From the NCBI GenBank assembly GCA_047495785.1, contig JBLDXI010000019.1:558001-622000 (forward strand): 64,000 nt of DNA. Direction: 5' to 3'. Under the pieces are notes generated by a model. The model was given only the letters and a program-made list of their open reading frames with translations, was not told where the DNA came from and made no database searches. The stretch is from Lepidodermella squamata. Taxonomy: Eukaryota > Animalia > Gastrotricha. Below, piece after piece: positions 25,101-40,000 of this stretch. The translations under genes were made by a program, and so were the position numbers. Every line of letters begins with the position of its first letter. Position 1 is the first letter of the stretch.

Positions 25101-27360
25101 TCCTGTGAAAGGGATAGCGATAACTGTCAACAATACGGTGACGACATCGAGAAACGCAGGCCTCATTAACGCATATAGATTCTATAAAGGACCGCTACCA
25201 ACTGCTCCTGTTTTGGAACGTATTGATGACGATCGATTTCAGGGCTACTCAGTTTACGAAATATCGATGACTATCACTGCTGCATATGTAAGTCTTCAGT
25301 CTCACTGCATTGAGCAATAAATTACTCTTATCTCGCCTTCAGTCGGCCATCCTACTTTCAAATGGATCTAGCGTGGCTTTTAAAGCCAGGGAAAGTCGGG
25401 GTTTGTTCACAGCTGGACCATGGGCGGTTGGTGCTTCATCCGGAAGTAATGTGAATGCTGGCTGCCAGATTAGAGTCTATTCGATTGATGTTTATCGGTC
25501 AGCGTCAAAATCAAACTCTAATATCCCACAGGAAAATGGTTGATATTAAAACTCTTTTACACAGCAGATATCTAACTGCCCTCATTTCTTTTCAAGCTCT
25601 TGGCACTCTGATTCCTTCATTTTCTTACGACGGTTACAATTTAGGTGAATCTCATGTTCGAAATAATCAATTATTTTATATTAGGTCAAACATATTATTA
25701 GATAACTGGGTAGTGAAAGGAATAGATCCTGATGGAAGAGAAAGTCAATCTCCTCAAATGAGCCAGTATGCGACTGGAGGACTGCTTCTGATTCCGACAT
25801 CAGTGAAAAGGCAGGCGGCAATTTTTTCAACTCAGGTAATCTATCTGGCTGAAAATTGTGTTGTCTCTATTCTCTATTACCAATAGCCCCTCCCAGCCCA
25901 GCAGAATTTCAACTACAATTTCGTAGTCAACATAACAATAACGCCACAGTATCGCTACGGCGCCTTTGATATTTTTCTTGTTCCTGGAAAAAATCTTGAA
26001 ACTCTCAGTTGGAATTGTGAGTTATCAATTGTTGCCATTTTCTTTTAAGGATTTTCTTTGCCCAAAACAGACTCTTTATCAGAGTTCTACGCGCAGTCAC
26101 CACTGAATGGGTTCCACTTCATAGTGAGTCTAACAAATGGAGTAATTCTGAAAACGGTTTTTACCACTGAGGCGATACTTGGCGCGAACTTGACAACGGA
26201 GAGTTCCTTCAGCGCAGATTTGACTGTGAGCGATTCGAAACTGACTGGGAACACGCTTTATCGCCTTTCCATCACCGGTGATTTTATATCTGTACGTTTC
26301 ATCGTATTTTGCCGAAATGATGAAGATTCATTTACAGGTTGTTGGGACGTTGAACGATGGATCGGAGTTGATTGTTTTGGATAACATCAACGCACCTGGG
26401 TTGTCAAGCCACGGCCCTTGGCGTTTCGGAGTTGGAGCGAGGGCTTATGACTCGAACTTTCAGATGGCTGTTAATTCTATTGCCGCGTTCAATGGCGAGA
26501 ATTTGACAACCACGACGTCAACTACGACAACCACAACCACAACTGCAACGTCAACCCAAACCACATCAACCACAACCCCAACCGCGACGAGTACTCCGGT
26601 TAATTTCGATAGTACTACTACTTCGGCTACTAAGAATTCTTCGAACGGGGATACGTCCTCTCCAACGTCGCAGCCCACCTCAATAGCAACAAGCATAATG
26701 AACTTGGATAGTTTCCCGAAAATTGGTGAGGAAATTTATACACTAAGTATTCGAGTGTTTATCAACCATGAATTTGTAGAAATTTCGGGAAGTCTCAGGA
26801 GTACGGGCGTTATAACGCTTCTTGACCAACGAACTCTGCCGAGCGATTTCTGGGATGCATCTCTCGAAGATACCGATTCAAAGCTCTTTAAAGACGTTGC
26901 TTTAGTCTTCGAGTCAACTGTAATATTGCCGATTGAAGTTATATCGTTTAGCTGAAAATAATGTTGTTCTTAACAGTTGGAGCAAATTTATCTAGCAACG
27001 GGAAACTTCGCTGAGGTCAAGGCAACAGTCACGAAACTCAACAAAGGAAGCATTATTGCCGATTATATTGTCGCGCTGCGAAGCCTAACCCAATTGTCTG
27101 AGGAGCAGATCCAGGAAAAAGTATCACAGGTCGCGCAAAAACTTGCCGGTGTCATTGCAACAAAAATCGGGGAAATAATAAACATCAATGTCAAGGTGAT
27201 CAACGTGCCAAAACCATCCCTTGCGCCAACTGCGGCTGCAAGGCCGAAGATAACACCAGCTAAGACTTCATCGGCAACCGGCTCGCCACATTCGAATGCC
27301 ATTACCATACTGCTAGCAATTGATTCATTGCTGCTTCTATTACTATGTGTAAATATTTAG
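22129..27360 (+). CDS. Array copy 3: four L-type lectin-like domains + Thr stalk + SEA + GPI-like tail (apparent 1-nt deletion at ~24335)
   Basis: ATG 22129 (MICRKSLIARFGET); multi-exon; GSII at 27046; ends AITILLAIDSLLLLLLCVNI*. Has GCTTTGAG where copy 2 has GCTTTTGAG, implying a frameshift or a homopolymer sequencing error. Confidence 0.75.
22395..22578. mobile_element. 184-bp MITE in intron 2 of copy 3
   Basis: Perfect 40-bp TIR (22395-22434 / 22539-22578); 4-bp TSD ATGT at 22391-22394 and 22579-22582. Confidence 0.88.
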
Positions 27361-28023
27361 ATAATGAATGTCGTCAACATATTTTGTGATGGTTTATAAA
27401 ATGAAATCGAAATGTCTTGTAATAAATAAATTCTAACAAATTTCAGCGATGCTGGTAACGCCGAGCCTGCCACAACGACAACGGCGAATACTTGAACTTC
27501 GAACATGTGGAAACGTCCAAATTAAACGTTCAGCTTTTTTTTCTGACAACATTCAACAAAAATGACTTATTTCGAACCGAAAGACAAAACTGTCACAGTC
27601 CACTACGACATTTCATTATGTTAGTATGTCCATTTATGTAGTCTATTTCCTAGAACTTCTTTGGAGCTTCCAAGCCAAATCTAAAATGTCCGAAATAGGA
27701 TGGGCCATTAAAGTCTTGTAGCTTCTACTTCTATCCATCCAATTAAACGGCAGGGTCTATGAAACGAGACAATTAACGCGAGCTATTTCTGACTTGTTGC
27801 AATTATCTTCTTGCCTTTTGTTGCCGACAGTATCAGCTTTCGTGGGATGACATATTTGCTTTCAATATTCCGTGCGCCGATGAAATCCGTGGCTTAATTG
27901 ACGATGCGAGGCTCCTATGATTGAAAACAAACAAGAATTTTGAGGCATCTTCATTACCTTCATAACGTTCATTCCGACTCAAATAATTAAACGAAATTCG
28001 ACTTGAATGAGGCGAAATAAAGC

Positions 28024-31000
28024 ATGGATATCCTAGAATGTCTAATCAAACTGTATCTTCTGTCATTTTTTACGGCTAACGTTTCAAGCCGTAAGTCATG
28101 AACTCAAATGATCGTTTTATACATGTTTTGATATCATCATTAGGTTTGGTAGCTTACTGGCCGCTTAATGAAGTGACATTGCTTGAGGACGTTAGTGGAA
28201 ACGAATATCACGGCAAGTTGTGCGACAACAGCCAGGCCCAGCTAGACCCCGGAAAAAACTCGTACATCGTCGGCCAGAACTCTGCCAGTTGCATAATTTT
28301 TCCGCATAGTGGCCTTTCTCTGAATGGTAGTTGGACTATAACTGGTCAAGTCTGGGTGAAATCTGGCCGTGGTCCCTTTTTTGAGTATCTAACTTTACCA
28401 CCCGGCTCATCACAGGCTGGAACTCATGCATGGTTGATGCCGGAAAATGGCGCAACTACGTTCTTCCTAAACCCTAGGATTGGCACTAGCAATTCAATGA
28501 CACAAAGCGGGATAATCAACCAATTCAACCAATGGATGACGCCTTGGGTTGCTTACGATGGCGCACAGTTTGCCGCCTACCACGGCCAACAAAATGTGAT
28601 TTTAAATATACCTAAAGGACAAGTCTTGGACAATAGACCATTCGGCATGATGATTGGAACAAGGTCAGTAAAGCAAAATGAAATTAATGCACCGAATTTT
28701 TATCGTCAAAACAGATGGCAATCTGAGGGCTTTTACGGAAACGTCGCCTGCTACTTTATCTTTGACGAGTGGGTCGTTTCTAAGGTGCTATTGCCCTCTA
28801 AAATCTGCAATCACAGTAAGATACCGTATTATTCGGCTACATCATCCATTCTAATAATTCTCGTAAACATTAGGGCCGAGTAAGAATTTTTACAGTGCTA
28901 TACCGCTGGCGCCAAACGCCGGTCAAGCTGTATTCTCAAGGGAGCTTTCGCTGGCTGTAGGAGCATCTTGTGATTTTTTTACGCTTGGAAATATTTTACG
29001 ATTTGACGGTTTTTTCCCTACCAGCCGGGTCAAAAACCTCGAAATGGATGGTGAGTGGTAAAGCCTTTACGCAGATGGTCGGTGCGGTATTGTCGGAGGA
29101 TAAGAGCGTTGACCAGGTGTCAGGAATATGGTGCTCTTCGGTTCGCTTTTTGAGGATTAATAGAGATGATAGAGTTATCTCACTCGCCATCAAGAAATTA
29201 AAATTTATGGGCGCAAAATGGCAAGAGATTAACGCTTTGTCCTTGAGTAAAAAAATGAAATCATTAGAAACCGGTCAATCGCTCTATCGATATCACCGGA
29301 TCGAGACGACCATTTTAAAGTTTGATTTGAGAGAACCGTTATACTTGATCGTTGACCGCTTACAATTTTCAAAATTTATGTAACTTTTTTACCCCAGGAA
29401 AGTGCGTTGATCACTTGCCATTTGGCGCCCGTGGCGTTCCATTTCTTATGGCGATTGAGCTCTCCGCCATTCCTACCAGAGAGTTCCTTCATCCTAAAAC
29501 TCTAAAAAGCCATGAATTTCAGAATATCACATCGCCGAAAATCCGAATCGAATCTCAATTTTGGGTGCAGATAACCTCGAGTTCCGGAAGCACATTTGCC
29601 GTCTGGTTGGTCGACCGTTATAGAACATCAATGAGTTTGTTTTACAATTTCTGGTAATCTCATAATTACCCAAGACCTACAGGCACGACCACACTTGATG
29701 TTCGAGTCACAAATTTCGCCGGTTTGGGCGTGGTTGTCTCGCTAGCAGATGACGCAGTATACACTCTATATTCTCGGGTGGCCAAGGAAGATTTGTCGGA
29801 TATTGATTTCTATCGCAACCCCTCAATACAAGTTGCCGAGAAAGCTATACCTGGACTTAATGCCACAAGCTCGGGGTCTTTTTATTTAATTACCTTGGAA
29901 ATCGTCGATAACATGTTGACGGTATGGCTCGAAATTGACGGAGGCTTGCATAGGATAGCCGGCGCTGTGAGTCTTCCGGGCTTTGACACGTTCTTCTACG
30001 ATTTGCAACTCGGATTAACCGCAACATCGAACACGATTGACTTCGGTGACGTTTGGGCGCTCACTGTTAACGCCTTCTACCTAACATCACAGACGAGTAA
30101 TTGCAGTTTCTTCGAAAAATATGGATTGCATTGTATTGATAGGTGTCACAAATTGGCAACCAATAAACGAACTAACGTTCGCAGGCGCTAATCCAAGTAA
30201 TGCCCTCATTTGCTACTGTAAACTTATGTTCAATTTAATCTTAAACTACTTGCAGCTAATTACAATACAGTGGCCAAAAGCACAACAGATAACAGTCCTA
30301 TTGCTCCATCAAGTGACTTTAATCCGATTACTGGATATTGCTTACAGCCACCGGTCAGCAATCGCCATTCAGCGATATATTCGAAGAGTGTAAGAAACGG
30401 ATTTATTTCCTCAAATATTGTGGAAAATTATTATTCTTTCAGGTTCTACCTCAAGATTCTACGTCCATCCGTGTTCAATTTACAATCAACGCGAAGAAAG
30501 TTGCTGAATCTACGGGATTTACGCTTTTCTTCGTTCGATCAGATTTGCTCGCAGCAGGAATACCATGTAAGAAAGAATTGATACACTTTCAATCAGGGGA
30601 ATAAAAATCGTTATTCTTCGTCTCTTCCAGCCTCTGTTGGACACTTGCCTGATCCGTTCCAAGGTCTCGCTCTCATAGCTGGAGGGCCAAAGTCTAATCA
30701 CTCTATACGCATCATTTACGATGATACCCTAAAATACCCAAGCTCAAGCTCATTTTTGGGGCTTATTGGCCTCGCGTCAAACTTTACCGAGCAAATCAGC
30801 TACGGAAATATTCTTTACGACTTCTTCATTAGCGGTGACTATTTATCGGTACAAAATCTGCAAAAGGAGTTTTTACTATTCAAGTTTTATTTCCCACAAT
30901 AGATTAACGTCTCGACTCCCGGAATGAATGCTGTGACTTTGGTGAAAAATGTCATGATTCCCGGGTTCCTTTCACTTCAACCTTTGACGATTGGCGTTGG

Positions 31001-33780
31001 CTCGCACAGTTTGGCGGTGCCGCATGAAGTATACGTCTTTTCAATCAGGGCCTTCAAGTCAACTGCGAATACACCGTCACCACCTGTCGATACTACCAGG
31101 ATGCCCCAATTCAGCTTTGATGGAATTAATTTCGGTAAGAAGTTTATTTTAATTGAACTAGGCTTACTAATTCATAATCGGAGCAGACAACTGGGGCGTG
31201 GACCTTCGATTCTTAAGAAATCAGTCAGCACTAATACCGGAAATTGCGGCCAAGAAAACTGGGTTCATCCTTATGCCGAATGTTGCTAATCGAGAAGCTA
31301 GAATATACAGCAAAATGGTGCGGCAAACATTTGTGTGTAATAACTGAATTTTTAGTTCTGTGACTCCAGAATCTCACGGGATCTGGTACCGAATTGGTTA
31401 CCATCAGAGCCACAGCCAATATCGAAATCGACGCTGTTTGCGACAGCTTAGTGCTATTCGTCATACCTTCTGAGGACTTCTACACGGCCAAAAGTAAATG
31501 TTCCACATAAAATCCTTTTTTGCTTAACAATGCGATATATTGCTAGTGTCAAATTACTTCTTACCTTATCCATTGCGTGGTACCTTTGTGTTTGTCAATA
31601 CTTCATCATCCGCCGCGCTAACAGCTGGTCTGTATCATAACAACCGAGCTGGCTTTGGAACCTTAACCTCCTCCAAGCCACTCGCCCAAGTCACCAATGA
31701 TCGCTTGCAGGGACTTTTGACATTAGAAATCACAATCACCACTCAGAGCGCCGCGGTAACTTCTTTAATGCTTTAATTGATAGATAGTGACATGAGTTTT
31801 ATCAGGGCGCAGTTCTGCTATCTGATGGATCTAAGTTATCTCTTCAAGGGAAAGCAAACGTTATGAAGGGCATGTATACTGCAGGGCCATGGGTGATAGG
31901 GGTTTCCGCGCGAAATGCACCTAATAATCAATGTCAAATGCGTTTGTGCTCAATTGACACATATCGGTCCCCTGCGAAATCGAATCCGATTATTGCTCCG
32001 GTTTTTCGTAAGTAAAAATTGTAAGTATAATCCTGAGATAACTACCTACACATTGATTTAGCTGGTTACGGTTATTTGGTGACCCCCGCAACGTACGACG
32101 GGTTCAATTTAGGTAAAAATCTAATGGCTTTTATCTAAAAAAATATAATTTTTACGCAGACAATTGGATCGTCAAAGCTAAAGACAGTGACAGCAGAGAA
32201 GCAGCTGTCGAAGCACCCTATCAATTATCCTCAGCAGGAGGCGTCTTCATCCAGTGCATGACAGCTCCGCGCCAGGCTGTTTTTCTCACTAGAGAGGTGC
32301 GCTCATTATTTTGCTGTTCGGTATTGCCATAATCAGTCATTTGCAGCCGCTACCCTCTGATCTCAGTTTCAGCTATACGTTCATTGTTAATGTATCATTA
32401 ACGAAGAATCCACCGCCTGGGGTATTTAGTATTTATTTGGCTCCAAGAAGTGATTTGCTTAAGACTAACTGGAATTGTAAGAATATCACCTTTAATTCAT
32501 CATTTCCTTAATTATGACTTCAACAGATACATTCTCTGAGTTATATGTTCAGTTACCGACTAAAGGCTTTTATTTCATCGCGAGTTTTGTCACGGGCGGT
32601 CTGCTGAAAACCGTTTACAGTGCAGATCCCACCTTAACTACCATTCTGTCTGCGCCATCTTTTGGAGAAGACGTGGTGGTAGACCCATCGCAACTAACCG
32701 GTGCCACTTCATACCGGCTCCAATTCAATGGGGATTACATTTCTGTGAGTAAGGCCTCAAGAGCGAATAAGGTAAATCTTATCGGGTTGTTCCATGTTCA
32801 GATTACGGCGAGATCAAGCACTGGATCTGTTTACGAAGTTTTGACGAATAAATATGCCCCAGGTATTTCATCGAACGGGCCTTGGCATTTCGGAGTAGCA
32901 TCAACGACATACAAGAATGGTTTCGAGTTCACCGTGAATTCCATTGAGGCATACAATACGAATTTTCAAACGTCCACGACATCGACTACAACGAACTCTA
33001 CCCCTACAACAAGCACTGATGGCACTTCTACTAACGAATCGACCGGAACAGTGACAACCGATACTATTTTACAAACGAAGCTAACATCAGGACCAGCCAG
33101 TAATAATATTTTGGAATCAAATGCGTTGGGTATTACCTATTGAAATCCTCCTTTATTGCTGTCGTAACATTCCGATTTTTTTTATTTTAGAAGTCATCGG
33201 TGTCATGTCGATAGGTGACATAATGAAGTTACCTGGCGGCGTTGAATTGAATACATCAGTTGAGTGGTCGAGCTCGTTGAACGATCCTAATTCCCAACTG
33301 TTCAAAGATGTCGCAGCAGCGTTTGAACCCGTGGTGAGTTTCCACTCTGAAGTGAAGCCATTTCGTTGACTCCATCAAATATTTCAGATTGAAGAAATTT
33401 ATATGGCGACTGGTGACTACTCCTACGTCAAAGCAACAGTTACTAAGCTGACAAAAGGCAGCATAATAGCTGATTACATAATTGCCCTGCGTAGTTTGAC
33501 GCAATTAACAGAGGCTGATATACAAGCGAAGGTCAAGATAGCTGTAGCTAGAGTTGCATCAGCTGTAGCAACAAAGCTCGGCGAAGGATTGGCTCTAAAA
33601 ATTACACAAGTCCACGCATTAACAACACAGCCGGCTGGTACAACGAAACCAGTTCCAAGAGTGGATAGGCCAACGAAAACACAACGGAACCAATCGCATC
33701 AAGTCAAGAATCCAACATTTCTGGTCTTTAGTGGTTTTCTCTTTTCAGTTCTTATTCATCAACAATTCTACCAAAGATGA
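28024..33780 (+). CDS. Array copy 4: signal peptide + LamG/ConA-like domain + four L-type lectin-like domains + stalk + SEA + GPI-like tail
   Basis: Exon 1 MDILECLIKLYLLSFFTANVSS; exon 2 LVAYWPLNE..DVSGNEYHG is a typical LamG_3/pentraxin-like start; GSII at 33457; tail FLVFSGFLFSVLI. No lesion seen in the exons checked. Confidence 0.8.
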
Positions 33781-34051
33781 TCAGTGGAATTTCAAAGAAT
33801 GTAACAGAAGAGGACATTCATCCAATTTGCATGATGTTTCTATCATTGGACTGCTTTATTGGAATTTTGCGCCAGTTTCAGATCAATAAACAATTTTCGA
33901 AAAGACACATTTTAATTAAATGAAAAAGTAGACAGTTTATTTTTCGTTAGCAGCGTTGATTCTAATGCAAGCTGATGCAGATTTTGATGGGAAAAAGATA
34001 TTTCCCTCAATCCATCGATTACAACCAAAATTGAACTCCATAAACTGATAA

Positions 34052-37000
34052 ATGTCTTTTGGCGCCTTTTTGCCGGCCTTTTTGGCCTCGGTCAACTTAC
34101 TTTCTGTCGAATGCAGTAAGTTCAGCCTCTTGCTCTCATCGCAGCAGTTGTAATTTAACACTTATAATTTCGACGACCTCCACCCTGCGGTTGGCGGAGT
34201 TCGTGACGGGGGGAACCTAACGCGGTCACTGGTTGTGTGGGTTGATGTGATCGGGAGGGCGACTATCTATATGGAATCGATCAATTCGATCTATGCATCC
34301 AGGATCCAGGGTCTGTGAGCAATTCTGGGTTAAAAGTTAAAAGAGTTGAGAGAGTAGTGTAGATAATAAGGGCAAAGAAAACAAGAGAAGTTGGGGTCAT
34401 TTGTGGTTCGTCCATAGTGTTCGGTGAACACTGTTGAGTGTTGAGTACACTGTTAGAGTCGAGTCGAGTTGAGCTTCTCACTTGAACCTGACTGTAAACT
34501 TGCCTGGTCTACTAGCTAACCAAAATAACTTGAATCCAATTGAAGACTCAATTGAAAGGTTAGTGCATGCAAGTAGCGGCGATATGAGCCGTGAATCGCA
34601 AGGGCAATTGGCCGTCAAAACAGCGATCTGCAAGTATGCCAGTTGCATTTGCAGTTGCATTGAATCATAATATACTTGGTCGAAATGGTCGAAACAGAAC
34701 GCCATCGATGCCCATTTTAGCTGTTTTAACTATGCACATGCGAGCACAACGAGCAACAACCCTCAATCGCCTCCCCTGTTAGAAACAGGAGATACATAGC
34801 AATAAATATTCTTTCCGATCAAGTCATTTTAAATCAACAGCTGCGATGATAGCACTACTCTTATTGCCTCGTTAAACGTCGAACAAGGGCATGAGACCTG
34901 GAATAGCTTGGTTAGGAATAGCTGTGTAATTTTTCATTCGGTATCGTCTGATTTATTTATTATTTATTTATTTATTTCAAAGCTATAACACCCAGAGAGG
35001 GCAGCTCGACAAAGTTAAGTTTGAAAGGAAACAGATAATTGCAGGACAGTTACAAAGGGATAGGACAGTTGGAGATGACATAAATTTGAGTCAACAATTA
35101 GTAAAACGAAACAATATTACAACAACGGCAGCTCACCGTTTTTTTTCCGTGGATAAGGAAATATAAAAATAGAATATATAGAGCTTCATTTTAATTTTAA
35201 TTTTGCAGCATTTTTTTCGTAGAAGTGCGAGTAGGTGGCTTCCCTGCGGGTCTGAGCTGTTTCAGATTGATGGACATTGCATTTTTAACTAAATTTAGCG
35301 TTAGTGTAAACCGCAAATGCAATCTTGAAGCTTGTAATAACTTGATTTTACATGAAATGAAGGGAACGAAGCGGCATTAGAAGCTCAAATGTGCTGGGTT
35401 TGAAAATTTAATACCACTTGAAATTAATTTCCATACAAAAATTGCCAAATGAATTGCATGCTACTGATGCACGCTGACACAACCGGGCGATATGCCGGAG
35501 CGGATGATCCGCGAGTTGGATGGCACTGCAGATACCGCTTTATCTTGCGTCGACTAAAGTCAGCCAAGAATGGCACAGCTTGGCCTAAGGTAATGTCACC
35601 GTAGTTTTAGTGAACACCAAACCGTTCGCCATCACTAACGCTGTTCTCCAATCAAGGAGTTTTACAGCCAACTTTACAGCTAACAAGTCTTTTGGCCTCA
35701 GCGATATGTTTCTTAAATGAAAGCTTGTTGTCAATCGTGAAGCCCAGAGTGACCATGGCATTTGTATTTGTAGGCTTGAGTATTGGCGACTGGCGATACC
35801 GTGCACCGTGCAGTGTAGATACCGTGGGAAATGGAGAATGGGAAACTCTGAGTGATGAGAAAGGGTTTTTCGACCTACAACATGCATATCGTCATTGATT
35901 TAAGAATCTTTTATTCTTTCAATTTGCGTTGCAACAATTTATAATCGATAGAACAGTGTGCCAGCATTTGGGCACCCATGATGCCGGACCCTTTTCCCCT
36001 TGAACCTACAATTCAAGACCAGCGTTGGATATCGCTAGCTGGTAGACGAAACTTTCACGCTATTAAACTGGTATTGGGGTGCAAGCATCATCTACATGAT
36101 TGTAACCCTGGGACATGAATGTAGCACATGGTAAGGCATATTTAGCACAAGCACTCAAGTGTTTATCTAGTGGCTATTGCTGGCCAATGGCAGAGAATGT
36201 CCGATCACAGAGCCGTATATAGGGTGTGAACCATAGGATGTCGCAGATCTACGGGTACTGCTGTCCGTGTTGGCGTCCATCTTTTGCACCATAGAGCTTA
36301 TGCACCGTGCGACACCGCAAGCTCCATTGCCAGCAAACCGACTTCGACGAGTGTCGTGCGGTTTCGCTTGGTTACTGCTGACCGAGATGATTGGGTGATC
36401 TTGACAAGGATCGACGACCGAGGGTATTGCTGCCACCCAGCCGGAGCAGTATGGGTTAAGTGCTCTGCTTAGTTAGACACGCGCCGAGAATTGAAGGCGA
36501 AACACTGTAGCAGATAACGATTTACTCCATGATGAGTTAATGCTGAACAGCCGCGTCTGAACACGCAATGTAAAGCAGTACATATGAAGGCACGATCAGA
36601 TCAGTGTTGCATACAAAAGAGGCGTGCGATACTAAATTTCAAAGGATCGGGAGCTCAAGAAACATCAGGATAATCTTATTTTGCAATTCATCTTCAGAGG
36701 TAGAGAGCGGCAACTAAAAGCGAGACTAAAAGCGACACCTGTTGATGATTTGGCCTGTAGCCAGGGAGCAGAAATCACTAAGATTCGCTCCAGATTTTAA
36801 ATCGCGCGCTCGAAAAAATTCATTCGACCGCCTGAATTACAAAAATGAAATTATAGCAAACTATTTTTTATATTTAAATATTGACCCTTACAACGCTGGC
36901 CATTTTTCACATTAATAAAGCTTCAGACCGACACACGAAAACCGCGTCTACAACGGGGGTTCCCCCCGTCACTTCAAGGTTTGATCGCTTATTGGCCCCT

Positions 37001-40000
37001 CGGTGAAATAACAGGTCTAGAAGACGTGAGTGGCAACGGTTACCACGGTCAGCTTCGCGATTTCAGCCAGGCTCAACCGGACCCGGCCACTAATTCATAC
37101 AGCGTTGGTCAAAACTTGAGCAGCTGCATCAGCTTTCCCCACGCGGCGTTGTCTATCAATACTTCATGGAGCGTTGCTGGTTGGATCAAAGTGAACTCGG
37201 GTCAGGGGCCTTTTTTCGCTTATCTCACCAACCCACCTGGAGAAAACCAACTTGGAGCTTATGCGTTGTTAAATGGCAACAATGGCACCATGACTATAAA
37301 CCCTATGTCTGATGGAATCGGGAATTCAAAAGAATTCCGTTGCTCCTCAAACCCGGGGCTGGTTGTGACTACGGTTTATGACAGCAGCAAGTCTACCTTC
37401 TCTGGCTACTGTGGGCCGAACTCTGGCTCGGTGAACACAACTGGAGTGCCATCCAATAACAGACCATTCGGCATGACGATTGGAGCAATGTAGGATTTAT
37501 AGCTTTTAATTTTAATGGTATTAATTTTCGTTTTGTTTGTAGTTGGCAATCGAATGCATTCAGGGGAAACGTGGCGTGTTACATGCTCCTAAACGAGGTC
37601 ATAGGAAGCAGTTTGTTGGTCACAATCGGCTCAATCTGCAAACTGAGTTGGCCTATCAGTATCAATTACTAATTGCTTTATTCTTTTTTGCATATCATCA
37701 AGGGCCGAATAAGAAACCTTATTTCGCGATTCCACTGTCAGCAAGGGCGGCCCTGCCGATTTATTCCAGGGATTTATCTCTTCCGGTTGGGTCGGCTGGT
37801 AAGTGAAAATTATATAAGATATTCAAGATTGATAAAAGTATATAATTTAAGCATCGAAATCTAAGAATTGGAAGTTGAGCGGAAAGACCTATTCTACGAC
37901 ATTCGCTGCACGATTGGTGGACGACAGCGCTTCCTATCAGAAAGGGGGCATATGGTGCTTGGCTGTTAGTAAATCAGCCGTCGCTTTTTTTTTACTTATT
38001 ACTTGCTTTACAACATTGTAGAATATAATGTCGCCGAATATTCGGGTTGAAGCCTTGTTCCAAGTTGCTTGCACCAGCGGCGCTGGGGCTCAGTTTGCGG
38101 TGTGGCTTGTGGATCGTTACAGAACTTCAATGAGTAATTTCAATCCCTCTGAAATTGGCATTTTATGGATGTATAAATATAATATATCTTTTCGAGGTGG
38201 AACCCTTCTAGACATTAGAGCAACAGCTTTCGTTGGGCTGGGAGTCGTGATTTCTCCAACAGAGGACGCCGCCTACGTACATTACTCTAGAGTGGCATTT
38301 AATAGCCTGGACGATAGCAAGTTTTACCGCGATCAACCGATCAAAATAGCCGAGAAATCCCTGAGTGGTCTTGGCGGAGGGAATTACCTGGTCGTGCTCG
38401 AAGTAGTCGATGATATACTGACTGTTTGGTTACAGCTAAATGACAACGCGCCGTCTATCTTGTTTGAAAACGTCAAACTGCCAGGCTTCTCAACGCTGGC
38501 CTATGATCTGCAACTTGGGCTCACAGCGACAACAAAGGCTACACAATACTACGGGAGCGCATGGGTAGTTCTAGTCAACACATACCTATTGTCCTCGAAA
38601 TCAGGTACCTCTTAATTCCATCTGAGATTATACAAAAATCTGAAATGCCATTTATGTCCAGCTGGCGCTCTTTGGCAACCTATCGATGACTTGACATTTG
38701 TTGGTGCAGATCCAAGTTAGAGAGCGAAATAGTTCTTTTTGGTATGGATACAATTATATTTTCCGCAGGTAACTATAGAACAGCGGCGAAAAGCGCAACG
38801 GATTATTCAGCAATCACCCCTTCAAACGTGTTTTCCAACATTACCGGCTATTATCTTCAACCACCCGTAACTAATCAGCACTCTGCTTTTTATTCGAAAG
38901 CCGTAAGATTAAGGCAACAAATTTGTAATTTTTAAAAAACATTTTTCAGTTTTTGCCTCAAGACGGATCGGATGTTCGAGTTCAGTTTACGCTCTCCGTG
39001 AAAAAAGTTGCAAATGCGGGTGGGTTCACGCTCTTTTTCGTGCCCGAGTCTTCACTGGCGATTGGAACAAAATGTAAATTTAGAACTGTCCCTAATCACG
39101 CCTTGACTAGTCTTGATTTCAGCAACTGTCGGATTTTTGCGGGACCCGTTTCAAGGCATTGCTGTTGCAGCGGGGGGTCCAGCAACTTATCACAAATTGT
39201 CTGTGAGCTATGGCGATGTTGCAGCTCAGCCTGCCTCTAGTTCGATCATCAGTCTCATGACACTGGCATCAACTTTCACCGAGCAGCTTTGCTACAATAA
39301 CATCATGTTCGAAATTACCATCAGCGGGGATTACCTATCCGTAAGGTTGAGAATGATTTTTGGTAAATGAGTTATCGCTTTAGGTACACGTGTATGTTCC
39401 GGGTAAAGATCCGATCATCTTAGTGAAAGATGTTCCAGTGCCTGGTTTTCTATCCCTCATGCCGTGGACGATCGGCGTTGGATCGAACAGTTTAACGACT
39501 GCTCATGAAGTTAACGTGACCTCGATTCGAGCTTTCAAATCCTCCCCGGCGCAAGGGGATAAATTCCCACCACCTAACGGTACTACAATCGATACTCCAT
39601 TTAGCTTTGATGGTGCAAATTTTGGTATGTGAAGTTTTCTACGCTCATCTAATCCTATTTTTCACTTGAATTCCTGGTCAAGATGATTGGAATTATGAGC
39701 TCCGAACCGTCAGTACTAAGCAGCCGATAGAGCAGCCGCAATCATCTGGTGCGACGGGTTTCATTCTTCTTCCGAAAAAGGAGGACACGGAAGCTCGGAT
39801 TTACAGCAAATACGTAAGTTAAGCGAAGATGATTGCATATTACTTTGATTCGCGGATCAGAACTTGACGGCAAGCGGGAGCGATCTTTTGCGAATCAGAG
39901 TGGCGGCCAACATAGAAGTTGCCTTGGCTTGTGAAAGCTTCACTGTATTTGTCATACCGGCCGATGACTTTCATTCGCAAATAAGTGAGTTATTTTACAT

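Noticed and set aside
29160-29472. Imperfect ~19-bp inverted repeat in an enlarged intron of copy 4
   Set aside because: Probably an old insertion, but boundaries and TSD cannot be fixed.
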